A DNA stretch of 64,000 nt from positions 20,066 through 84,065 of the forward strand of contig JADBKQ010000001.1 in NCBI GenBank assembly GCA_014896305.1. Direction: 5' to 3'. Below, piece after piece: positions 1 to 8,755 of this stretch. Every line of letters begins with the position of its first letter. Within the stretch, counting starts at the first letter, position 1. The position numbers and the translations under genes were made by a program. Source of the DNA: Limnochordaceae bacterium. Its GTDB lineage: Bacteria > Bacillota > Limnochordia > Limnochordales > DUMU01. The notes beneath the pieces were generated by a model that worked only from the letters and a program-made list of their open reading frames with translations, made no database searches and had not been told where the DNA came from.

Positions 1-50
1 CCCAGCCTGAACCGTCCCTGGCGAGCCCACACGGGCAGGCGCCGTACCAT
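1..50 (-). CDS. 5' fragment of probable thiamine ABC permease (runs off window)
   Basis: ATG at 50-48 preceded by GAGG, just after the thiB stop; ThiP identity inferred from position only. Confidence 0.35.
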   Translation of the reverse strand, partial: MVRRLPVWARQGRFRL

Positions 51-62
51 GGCCAAGTCGCC

Positions 63-1256
63 TCAGTACGCCCGGATCTGAGCCGACCAGGCCCGTAACC
101 ACTGCTCCCGGTGGGCAGCCACCGTCTCCGCTGGCAGACGCACGGGCTGGGCCGGCGTCACGGCGTACCGGGCAAAATCGGGCGGCAATGGCGCCTGGCT
201 GTTGGCAGGGAACATCCAGTTGGTGGTGGGGATCAGCGCCTGTACCTCGGTAGAGAGCATGAAGTTGAGAAACTCGTACGCCAAACGCTGCCGGGATGAA
301 TCTACGCCGGTCACGATGCCCATGAGCTCGACTTGTTCATAGCCTTGACCGTCCAGCGTGGCAATCCGGTAGCGAGTGCTGTGATTACTGATGTAGCTGT
401 ATGCCATGTCGGTGGAGTAGCTGACCACCATGGGGGCTTCGCCTTGTTCAAACATGGAGTAGGCTTCACTCCAGCCCCCCGCAATCGTGAGCAGGTTGGG
501 GGCAAGCTGCTTCCAGTAGGCCAGGTAACCGTCGGGGCCGTCTCCAAAGCGGGCAATGGTCCAGAGTAAGAAGGCCATGCCGGGCGAGGAGGCCGCCGGA
601 TCGATGGCGATGATCTTCTTGCGCCACTGGGGCTGCAGCAGATCTGCGAAGGTTTTGGGAGCCCGATCGGGTGGAATGACCTGGCTATCGTAGACCAACG
701 TGATGAACCCATGGTCCAGCGGGACCACGCGCCGTCCGGGGTCTAGCAGGAGCCGGGCCGGTACGTCCTTGAGATTGGGCAAAAGACGATAATCCAGAGG
801 CTGAAACACCTGCTGGGCGATGGCAGCCGGTAGATCAGAATCGGCCAGGCCCACGAAGACATCGGCAGTGGGGCGGCGGGCTTGCAGTTCACCCACTAGA
901 CGGGCAAACATCGTGCCGGAGTCGCCGGGAGCGACCCAGACGAGCTCGACGCCGGGATGGGAAGCCTGGAAACGTTTCTGGATCTCCTTGGCCGGCCCCC
1001 AGTTGACGAAGCTGTCGTACGTGTAGACCACGAGTTGCTGGGTGGGCGCCGCGGCGGTCGCTGTCCCTACCCCATTGCGCGCTAGCCCAGCCAGGCCGAT
1101 CAGCAAGACAGCGGAAACCAGCACAACAGCCTGCAGGCACGACAAAGCCGGCAAGGTTCGGCGAGAAATAGTGCTGGATGCGGACGGTGCGGCTGGCGCA
1201 GTTAACCCGGACGAAGCCACCTTGCGGCCACCCGGATGCGAGACACAAAGATGCAT
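63..1256 (-). CDS. thiB: Thiamine ABC transporter substrate-binding protein
   Basis: LVVYTYDSF..WGP, DP..SSPG, GWSEAY, VVSYST, IPTTNWMFP are ThiB/TbpA motifs; lies downstream of a TPP riboswitch; start moved to ATG 1256 after AAGGAGG. Confidence 0.9.
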   Translation of the reverse strand: MHLCVSHPGGRKVASSGLTAPAAPSASSTISRRTLPALSCLQAVVLVSAVLLIGLAGLARNGVGTATAAAPTQQLVVYTYDSFVNWGPAKEIQKRFQASHPGVELVWVAPGDSGTMFARLVGELQARRPTADVFVGLADSDLPAAIAQQVFQPLDYRLLPNLKDVPARLLLDPGRRVVPLDHGFITLVYDSQVIPPDRAPKTFADLLQPQWRKKIIAIDPAASSPGMAFLLWTIARFGDGPDGYLAYWKQLAPNLLTIAGGWSEAYSMFEQGEAPMVVSYSTDMAYSYISNHSTRYRIATLDGQGYEQVELMGIVTGVDSSRQRLAYEFLNFMLSTEVQALIPTTNWMFPANSQAPLPPDFARYAVTPAQPVRLPAETVAAHREQWLRAWSAQIRAY

Positions 1257-1467
1257 AAAAAACAACCTCCTTCTCCCGCAGGGGATGGAGGTTGGGCGTG
1301 AGCAGGAAGACCCCCGGTCCAGGCCATCATTGACGTGCGTCCCCGTGCGCAACTGGCAAAACACGCACGCCACGACTCGTGTGCCGACAGCCGGACGGGC
1401 AGGATGCAGCCCGGCCAGAGAAGCGAAGCGTCCATTGGCTACGGGATCTGCAGTCCCTGGTCTCCCC

Positions 1468-1602
1468 AAAATCCCTTTCCCTACGCCGGCATTACCCGGA
1501 TGGTTCGCCGCCGGAATTAGGGGCGGCGAACTCGACAGGTTCAAAGGGTCGACGGACTATCTCCGTCCTCTCAGCCCAGTACCTGAGCTCCCCTATGGAT
1601 CT
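1468..1602 (-). ncRNA. TPP riboswitch (with inserted hairpin)
   Basis: Minus strand reads AGGGGAGC..GCTGAGA..CCCTTTGAACCTG..ATCCGGGTAATGCCGGCGTAGGGA; P1 AGAUCC/GGAUUU; upstream of thiB. Confidence 0.9.
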
Positions 1603-1608
1603 ACCCGC

Positions 1609-1637
1609 ACCATAGCAGATGCCCTACTCTCCGTCAA
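1609..1637 (-). promoter_or_regulatory. sigmaA-type promoter for TPP leader/thiB
   Basis: TTGACG-17 bp-TATGGT with TG extension, just upstream of aptamer P1. Confidence 0.6.
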
Positions 1638-1823
1638 GAAGGCCTTCCGCCGGGGACTGCCTCGCGAGAATGCGAGGCATCGCCCAACCCTGTTACCCGC
1701 CCTGAGGCGCAGGCCCTGACCATGCCCGGCGGGCAACGGGCAAGACGATGAGGAGTAGGGACCGGCCCGCATGATGATGTATGCTGCTTCTGGTCAGTTC
1801 CACCACGTCAGGAGGAGTCGAGG

Positions 1824-2573
1824 TTGGTTATGCCCACCGTCCATTCTCAGCCCGCTAGTAGCCAGCACGTCCATGGAGGCACGGCACGAACCGAAGCCGG
1901 GGCCAAAGCCGGCGTCCTGTTCGACATGGACGGAGTCCTGGTGCTGAGTAACCCGGCGCACCTGGCTGCCTGGCAGGAGTTTGCTCGCCAACGCCTTGGC
2001 CTCGAGATCACGGCGGAAATGTTCTATCGCTCCATCTCAGGACGGAAGAACGAAGAGGCACTGGCTGAGCTTTTCCCAGGCAAGTTTACGCCGGAGCAGC
2101 TGGCGGCTATTTCCCGGGAAAAAGAAGCTTTCTACCGCGAACGCTACGGCCCTACCCTCCAGCCTGTACCAGGGGTGCTGGAACTCATTGCGGACTTGCG
2201 ACGAATCGCTGCCCAGCGGCCCGTTGCCCTGGCTGTAGCCACCTCCGGCCCACCGGAAAATGCCCGGTTGGTGCTAGGCCGCTTCGGCATCACTTCTGCT
2301 TTCTCTGCCGTCCTGACCGGCTCGCAGGTAACGAAGTCCAAGCCAGATCCTACCATATACCTCTTGGCGGCGCAGGCCTTGAATGTACTGCCGCAACGTT
2401 GCGTCGTCCTGGAGGACGCGACAGCCGGCGTGCAGGCAGCCAAACGAGCTAGCATGCGTTGCCTGGCGGTCGCCACCAGTGAACCGGCCCAACGCCTGCT
2501 GCAGGCAGGCGCTGACCGGGTAGAGCCCGATTTTCGGGGAGTTACAGGCCAGCAGCTGCTGCAGATGCTGTAG
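1824..2573 (+). CDS. HAD-superfamily phosphatase (beta-phosphoglucomutase-like)
   Basis: FDMDGVL motif I, VATSG motif II, KPDP..Y, LEDA..GV motif IV. Confidence 0.85.
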   Translation: MVMPTVHSQPASSQHVHGGTARTEAGAKAGVLFDMDGVLVLSNPAHLAAWQEFARQRLGLEITAEMFYRSISGRKNEEALAELFPGKFTPEQLAAISREKEAFYRERYGPTLQPVPGVLELIADLRRIAAQRPVALAVATSGPPENARLVLGRFGITSAFSAVLTGSQVTKSKPDPTIYLLAAQALNVLPQRCVVLEDATAGVQAAKRASMRCLAVATSEPAQRLLQAGADRVEPDFRGVTGQQLLQML

Positions 2574-2716
2574 GCGGGGGCGTTCGACAGGTCGCAGGAA
2601 TCTCTGGGCTATTTGGTGAGATTCTATTCATGGACAGTAGGTGGAGAACCGGGACGTCGACGCCCGACCGCCAGAGTCTTGACAAGGGGAACAAAGGACA
2701 GCGACATGGAGGAGAG

Positions 2717-2887
2717 ATGCTCATGGCTGATGAACCGCGTGAAGCTCGCGACCCTCACGGCGAGCTATCTTCTGAGACCAGGACCGTCAACCCCGCCGGC
2801 TCTGAGGCGATCAAGTGGGGTGCCATCGTCGTCATCGTCCTGGCCATCCTCTACTTCCTCGCACGGTATGTGATTCCCCTGTTCTAG
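2717..2887 (+). CDS. Small single-TM membrane protein
   Basis: GGAGGAG RBS; C-terminal hydrophobic helix WGAIVVIVLAILYFLARYVIPLF. Confidence 0.6.
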   Translation: MLMADEPREARDPHGELSSETRTVNPAGSEAIKWGAIVVIVLAILYFLARYVIPLF

Positions 2888-2979
2888 CCCGCCCTATCCC
2901 TGCCTCCCCCCTTCACGCGCCGCTCTGCCGCCAAACGTGAGGATCGGCTACGTGGGGCGCGTTCCCCTACCTTTTTCGG

Positions 2980-3006
2980 GCAGGAATGCTCTGTCGCGCG
3001 GCGAAC
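2980..3006 (+). promoter_or_regulatory. Candidate sigmaH promoter
   Basis: GCAGGA-17 nt-GAAC, close to B. subtilis sigmaH AGGA-N17-GAAT. Confidence 0.4.
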
Positions 3007-3079
3007 ATCTGCTGGTGGTAGGTTCCCGTCTCCTGGCAAATGGTCCTAATCTAAACTACGTTGGAAAGGTGGGAGGTTC

Positions 3080-3874
3080 ATGCTTCAAGCGAGGGGATTT
3101 CTTAGGCGGGCCGGCTCTTGGCCACTGATGGCACTCGCCCTGATATTGCCGTTGCTCTCGGCCACGGTCGCGGCGGAGGCCGCCGCGCCCATCGCGCTGG
3201 TTCACAGTGAACGCACCGCTGCTGCCAAGGCCAACTACCCGACGTACGAGGACGAGTACAAGAGTGCCGCCCAGTGGCTCAGCAACTACTTCGCCTACGA
3301 TGTGCTCTCGGACCAGGACGTTGAGAACGGGAAATTGGCCGGGTACAAGCTGGCCATTCTACCGGAGAACGCGGTGATGAGCAGCGCCCACGTGCAAGCG
3401 CTCAGAGACTTCGCCGCTGCCGGGGGCAAGATTCTTGCGGTGTTCTCCACGTCGCTGCGGGACGATCAGCTGAAGCTGACCGGGTTGCAGTTGGGAGACC
3501 TGTTAGGGGTCAAATGGGTCCAGTGGTCGCCCGACAAGTCTTTCCAGCAAATCGAGTTCATCGAGAGCAGCCCCGTCTTGGCTGGAGCGCCACAGACCGT
3601 CCCGGTGTCCAGCGGCTCCACCCAACTCGTCGAAGTGCTGGACAACGGTAAGGTGCTGGGCGTACGTGCCAGCAGCGATGGCACATTGGCGATGACCAAC
3701 CCGGCCGTTGTCGTGGAGTCCGCGGCGGGCTTGTACGTCGGTTCACCCGTCTTCGCTCAGCAGCTCCTGGCCGGACCGGAGATGCAACAGCTGCTCTACG
3801 CTGTCATCAAGAACTACGCTCCCGAGGCAGTGAAGGCGGACTTTCAGCCGATGTCCTTCGCCGGCACTCAGTAG
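3080..3874 (+). CDS. Secreted protein with class I glutamine-amidotransferase-like (beta-galactosidase trimerisation-type) domain
   Basis: Signal peptide; LAGYKLAILPENAVMS..ALRDFAAAGGKIL pattern. Confidence 0.65.
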   Translation: MLQARGFLRRAGSWPLMALALILPLLSATVAAEAAAPIALVHSERTAAAKANYPTYEDEYKSAAQWLSNYFAYDVLSDQDVENGKLAGYKLAILPENAVMSSAHVQALRDFAAAGGKILAVFSTSLRDDQLKLTGLQLGDLLGVKWVQWSPDKSFQQIEFIESSPVLAGAPQTVPVSSGSTQLVEVLDNGKVLGVRASSDGTLAMTNPAVVVESAAGLYVGSPVFAQQLLAGPEMQQLLYAVIKNYAPEAVKADFQPMSFAGTQ

Positions 3875-4009
3875 TGGGAAGACGCCAGTACAAGGAGGCT
3901 TGTCGTCCTATCGTGTAATGGGGTCGTGGAATGTGTAAGCTTCCAGCCAAAGGAATTTGTAGGGGTCTATCTGCAGTCTTTTGATCACAGGCGAAAGAGG
4001 TTGGGATTC

Positions 4010-5320
4010 ATGAAAGGTTTCGTCTCTTCTCACCGCTTCTATCGGCCCGCCCCCAAACTCGCTTTCCGGGCAGTAACCCTGGTTGCGGCAGTCGCGATGC
4101 CCCTGTTCAGCATCGGCTCGCTGGCCGACGTCCAGGCCAAGACCACGATTACCTGGGCGGTGGTAGCAGGGGCCAACTACGAGGCCCGCTATAACCAAAC
4201 CGTAGCCGCCTTTGAGAAAGTCCATCCCGATATCGAGGTCAAATGGATTCCCATTGTGGTCGGGGTCAGCAGCGATTTCCAACAGAAGATCCTGACGATG
4301 GCGGCTGCTGGTGAGCCACCGGATGTCATCCGAATCGACGTGGAGAATCTGCCGCAATACGTTCGGCTCGGCCTACTGGACGATCTTGGCCCATACCTGG
4401 CCAAAGACCCCAGTTATGCCAAGAGCCTGGAGACCTCCGTCTTCCCGGCCGCCCGCGCTGCCTTCAATTACGAAGGGAAGCAGTGGGGAATCCCCTTGAC
4501 CGTAACGGTCAGCTCCACTTACTACAATGCTGACCTCCTCGACCAGGCTGGCCTGAATCCTCCCACAGACCAGTGGACCTGGGACGACATGGTCGCTATG
4601 GCCAAGCGGATGACCAAGGACCGGAATGGCGACGGCAAACCCGATCAGTTCGGCCTCCAACAAACGACGGACTACGTCGAATGGCTTCCCCTGATGTACT
4701 CCTATGGTGGCGAGATCATCGATGCTCAGCACCGCATTGTCTTTAACTCGCCGGCCAATGTAAAGGCCTTCCAGATGTACCAGAGCTGGCAACAAAAGGA
4801 GCACATCAGCCCGCGCGACGGCGAGGGCCAAAACGTAGGGTTCGACCAAGGGAACGTGGGATTCATCATGATGGCCGACTGGGTACGGCAAGTCTATCAG
4901 CACATCACCAAGTTCCGCTGGGACGTTGCGTCGATTCCGGCAGGACCGAAGGACCAGGTCGCGTTCATCGGGGGCGGTGCCATGGGTGTCAGTGCCGCCT
5001 CCAAACACAAGGAGGCCGCCTGGGAATTCGTCAAATTCGCCACGTCCGACGCCGTCCAGGGGATCATGGTGGCAAATCGGGCCGGCATTCCGGTGGTTCA
5101 ACGGATCGCAGCTGAGCAGTATGTTGGTTCCCGACCGTTGCCTGCGCACCAGTTGACGATCTTGAAGATGCTTCAGATCGCCCGGAGTGCTCCGGCTGAC
5201 GTGCGGTGGGAGCGGATGCTGGCTATCTTCCGCAAGAACCTGCCTGGATTGCTCGGAGGCGATACCAGCGCGACGGAGTTTGTCACCAAGACGGCAGACG
5301 AACTCAGTGCGTTGCGCTGA
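4010..5320 (+). CDS. Sugar ABC transporter substrate-binding protein (SBP_bac_1)
   Basis: FEKVHPDIEV, AGEPPDV, YYNADLL, WTWDD, DRNGDGKPDQFG, AAWEFVKF; signal peptide ending VQA. Confidence 0.9.
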   Translation: MKGFVSSHRFYRPAPKLAFRAVTLVAAVAMPLFSIGSLADVQAKTTITWAVVAGANYEARYNQTVAAFEKVHPDIEVKWIPIVVGVSSDFQQKILTMAAAGEPPDVIRIDVENLPQYVRLGLLDDLGPYLAKDPSYAKSLETSVFPAARAAFNYEGKQWGIPLTVTVSSTYYNADLLDQAGLNPPTDQWTWDDMVAMAKRMTKDRNGDGKPDQFGLQQTTDYVEWLPLMYSYGGEIIDAQHRIVFNSPANVKAFQMYQSWQQKEHISPRDGEGQNVGFDQGNVGFIMMADWVRQVYQHITKFRWDVASIPAGPKDQVAFIGGGAMGVSAASKHKEAAWEFVKFATSDAVQGIMVANRAGIPVVQRIAAEQYVGSRPLPAHQLTILKMLQIARSAPADVRWERMLAIFRKNLPGLLGGDTSATEFVTKTADELSALR

Positions 5321-5519
5321 GCTCAGGCTCTGTTTCGCTTGCCGGCCGGGCCACGCTCGTTCGCACCGGGCGGTGGCCGGCCCGGTCGGCAGGCTCTTGC
5401 ACCGGTGAAGAGAACGGTTGCAAACAGGGAGCCCGTGCTCCCTGTGGCAATGGGCGGTCGGTCGGCACCCCCACCCCCCAAGACCGGCAATACGTTTCCA
5501 TTAAGGAGGGCGACGATCC

Positions 5520-6140
5520 ATGCTGGCCAAGAAAGTGTGCTCGCTGGCGCTGATTCCTGTCCTCATTGCCTTGTTTGCGTTTGTCGCCTCTGCCGCACCC
5601 GGTGATGTTCTATTCACCGACGACTTCTCCAACGGCCTTCAGAATTGGATCTTTGATACCGGCACCGACGCCAATCCTAGCAACTTCTCGGCTGATGCTG
5701 CCCAGAAGGCACTGGTATTCTCGCCCGTTGGATTTGGTAACGCCTTTGCTGGAAGCGAAAATCTTACGGATTACGCGCTCGAAGGCGACGTAACCATTAC
5801 TGAGTACCCCCAGTACGGAAACCTCCGTTTCTTCGTCCGTATGAACGAGCTTTGGTATGGCTACGGCGTCTCTTTTATTGAAGACCACGTGTATATTCAC
5901 CGCTTCGACGGCAACTGGGATGTCAATACTCTCCTTGCAGAGGCCGATACTGGCATCCCGCTCAATACCAAGACCCATGTCCGCGTTGAAGTGAAGGGCA
6001 ACCAGATTACCGTCTTCGTCAACGGTAACCAGGTCGCTCAAGCCGAAGATCCAGACAACGTCTACCCGGCCGGCCGGTTTGGTTTCCGTTTTGACTATGT
6101 GAGCGGCCAAGTGGCCAACATCAAGGCTACCTCCCTCTGA
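5520..6140 (+). CDS. Secreted DUF1080 / concanavalin-A-like beta-sandwich protein
   Basis: AAGGAGG RBS; signal peptide; LFTDDFS, HVRVEVKGNQITVFVNG, GRFGF. Confidence 0.7.
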   Translation: MLAKKVCSLALIPVLIALFAFVASAAPGDVLFTDDFSNGLQNWIFDTGTDANPSNFSADAAQKALVFSPVGFGNAFAGSENLTDYALEGDVTITEYPQYGNLRFFVRMNELWYGYGVSFIEDHVYIHRFDGNWDVNTLLAEADTGIPLNTKTHVRVEVKGNQITVFVNGNQVAQAEDPDNVYPAGRFGFRFDYVSGQVANIKATSL

Positions 6141-6475
6141 TCGCTGCCACCGGACGAGTTACAAGGTCAGCATCCACCGGCAGCGGCAAGCGGCCAAGTA
6201 CCTTTCAAGCACATCCCTCCCCGTCCCCGGGTCCGCTGGGGGGCGGGGACTTTTGCCGATCCCCCCGTGCCGTCCACCCCGGACCGTGGGCAACTACGCC
6301 GACATGCAGCAGATAACCGGCCAGCTCTGGCAGGCCGACGAGGCCGCCAAAGCCGGTGGCCGCCAACAAAGTGATGTGGGAGGCGAGATGCTCCGCCCAC
6401 TCTACGGGAATGATCATCGCAACACCGACTTCCCCCGCCTGCAATCAGATTCGTTGACGGCGTTACTGGCCTTGG

Positions 6476-7051
6476 CTAGTGTTCTGGTTCAGTCCGGTAA
6501 GCGACCCAGAAGCGATGGGATGCTTCCTCTCCGGTCGGCCCCGACTCGGGTTGAAATCCGGCTCGTTCCAGAATGGGCCCGAGCCAAACCGCGGCAGGGC
6601 GGATCGATGTCCGCAGCCGCTCGAGGTCGAGGCTGGAAAAGGCATACTTGCGGCAGGCTAGGAGGGCATCTTCCTCCAACCCCCGATTCCACAGGTGCGA
6701 GTCACCGAAGAACATTACGAGGTTACCTTTAGCATTCCCATCGTTCGACGTATGGCGTAGGATCGTGAGATCCCCGATGTACCGGGCGGTGCCCAACGCC
6801 ACTACAGCGAGGAGGAGGGCACTTGGATCATCCCGCAGCCGGCTGTACCAGCTGTGCAAGGCAGTCATGTCGGCTTTTTCACCGGCCGCCAAGCCTGAGT
6901 CCATGCTATCCTGTACCCTCTGGTCTTCCAGGTAGGCCAACCTCCACGGCAGATCCAACGGAGTGAACGGATGGAGGACCACCAGTCGGCCACGCACCTC
7001 AAAACTCGCTCGCGGAATGGCCACGATTCTCGCCCCCAACCCTTTCAGCAT
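6476..7051 (-). CDS. GNAT acetyltransferase, RimJ/RimL-like (divergent)
   Basis: GRLVVLHP, YIGDL, GDSHLWNRGL, YAFSSLDLERL, LERAGFQPE. Confidence 0.65.
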   Translation of the reverse strand: MLKGLGARIVAIPRASFEVRGRLVVLHPFTPLDLPWRLAYLEDQRVQDSMDSGLAAGEKADMTALHSWYSRLRDDPSALLLAVVALGTARYIGDLTILRHTSNDGNAKGNLVMFFGDSHLWNRGLEEDALLACRKYAFSSLDLERLRTSIRPAAVWLGPILERAGFQPESGPTGEEASHRFWVAYRTEPEH

Positions 7052-7189
7052 CGCTCAGCGAATGGTTGCCTCTTCCATCATATGCCGTGCCTCACTGTCC
7101 GGCAAGTGGCCAGCATAACATATCCCCCCTCCTGGGCAAACCAGAGTCAGAAGTCCGGCACTGTGCCAGTCGAGGTGAACGGTCTGCGT

Positions 7190-8755
7190 ATGGAATCTGG
7201 AACGAATGCCAGGTTGGCCTTATTGGGTGCACTGGGGGGAACCACCCTGGCTCTCGCTGCTGCCGCCTGGGCCGGTCGCTTTTGGCTAGGGCAAATCACC
7301 CGCAAGACTGTGCGCAACCTGCTGACCGACCCCTACGCCGAAAACCTCCTGGAGCTGCTATCTGCTACGCGTCGTACCTCCCTGCAGACCATCCTGGAAA
7401 ACAGCCTGCGGGCAGAGACCGGCCAGGTGATCAAGCGACCCTTGGGCAGCCCCAAGCATTACCCGGGCTTAGACCATCTCATCTTCGACTTTGCCCAGCT
7501 CCATCGCCTTCCGACCCCGGAGGACACCCCGGTTGACCTTTCCGTAACCCTGGGCCCGACCGCTGCCCGACCCCTGCACCTGCAGATTCCTCTGATCGTC
7601 GCCGGCATGGGATATGGGGTGGCCCTCAGCGCCCAAGCTCGCATCGCCATCGCCCGGGGCGCCGCCTGGGCCGGCACCGCCAGCAATACCGGCGAGGGAG
7701 CCTGGTTACCTGCCGAACGGCGGGAAGCTCATCACCTGATCTTGCAGTATAACCGTGGGTCATGGGCCAAGGACCCAGCTATTCTCGAGCAGGCCGACAT
7801 GATCGAGATCCAACTGGGGCAGGGAGCATTGGGTGGACTGGGCCACAAGATCCCGGCTCATCTTCTGGATGATCGCTTGCGCCAGGCGTTCCGCCTGCCC
7901 CCCGGTGAATCCCTCATCAGCCACGCCCGCCAGCCTGGCGTCCACTCCCCCGCCGACCTGCAAACCCTGGTGAACCATTTGCGCGAGATGACAGCCGGTA
8001 TCCCCATCGGCGTCAAGCTGGCCGCCGGCCACCACCTGGAGCAGGACCTTGATTGGGCGCTGGCTGCTGGGGTGGACGTCATTGCCATTGACGGAGGCCA
8101 GGCAGCAACCAAGGGTGGCCCCCCCATCGTGGAAGACGACTTTGGTCTGCCCACCCTGTACGCGCTCTGCCGGGCCGCCCGCCACCTGGGCAAGGTACGC
8201 CGCAGCGGCAACGGTAACTCGGTCCCTGCTTTGAGCAGCCCGAGCCTAATTGTTGGAGGAGGCTTGGCCACCCCAGGGGAATACCTCAAGTGCCTCGCCC
8301 TGGGGGCGGACGCCGTCTACCTGGGCAGCCAGCCCCTATTTGCCTTGACCCACACGCAGCTGCTCAAGGCGGTCCCCTTTGAACCGCCAACCCAGGTCGT
8401 CTTCGCCGCAGGCCGGTTCCATCAGCAACTCGATGTCAACCAGGCCGCCCGCAACCTGGCGAACTTCCTCACCTCGTCCGCCTTGGAGATGGCCGAAGGC
8501 GTGCGCGCCCTTGGCAAGCATTCCCTGCGTGAACTGGGCACAGAGGACCTGTGTGCACTCGACCCTCTGACTGCGGCGATCACCGGAGTCGATTTGGCCT
8601 ACAAACCATCCCATGACCATATGCCTCGCCCCGCCGCTACACGCCGTCAGACGCCCAATCAGACCGGCACTCACCCACGCTGGCAACACCGACCGATCCC
8701 GGTGGCCTCCGTCTCCACGCACCCGTCCCCGCCCACCCAGAGGTGGTCCTCGTGA
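7190..8755 (+). CDS. FMN-binding glutamate synthase family protein (GltB FMN domain only)
   Basis: GMGYG.ALS, SNTGEG, MIEIQLGQGA, PIGVKL, IDGGQAAT, KCLALGADAVY; N-terminal TM helix. Confidence 0.85.
   Translation: MESGTNARLALLGALGGTTLALAAAAWAGRFWLGQITRKTVRNLLTDPYAENLLELLSATRRTSLQTILENSLRAETGQVIKRPLGSPKHYPGLDHLIFDFAQLHRLPTPEDTPVDLSVTLGPTAARPLHLQIPLIVAGMGYGVALSAQARIAIARGAAWAGTASNTGEGAWLPAERREAHHLILQYNRGSWAKDPAILEQADMIEIQLGQGALGGLGHKIPAHLLDDRLRQAFRLPPGESLISHARQPGVHSPADLQTLVNHLREMTAGIPIGVKLAAGHHLEQDLDWALAAGVDVIAIDGGQAATKGGPPIVEDDFGLPTLYALCRAARHLGKVRRSGNGNSVPALSSPSLIVGGGLATPGEYLKCLALGADAVYLGSQPLFALTHTQLLKAVPFEPPTQVVFAAGRFHQQLDVNQAARNLANFLTSSALEMAEGVRALGKHSLRELGTEDLCALDPLTAAITGVDLAYKPSHDHMPRPAATRRQTPNQTGTHPRWQHRPIPVASVSTHPSPPTQRWSS

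Noticed and set aside
1257-1544. N-terminal extension of thiB in the ORF track
   Set aside because: It overlaps the TPP leader; a strong RBS supports ATG 1256.
5341-5390. GC-rich inverted repeat after the sugar SBP gene as an ncRNA or REP element
   Set aside because: Single copy with no recognisable motif; most simply an mRNA-stabilising or terminating hairpin.
6205-6444. 79-aa hydrophobic ORF downstream of the GNAT gene
   Set aside because: No recognisable motif and weak RBS; cannot be supported, though not excluded.
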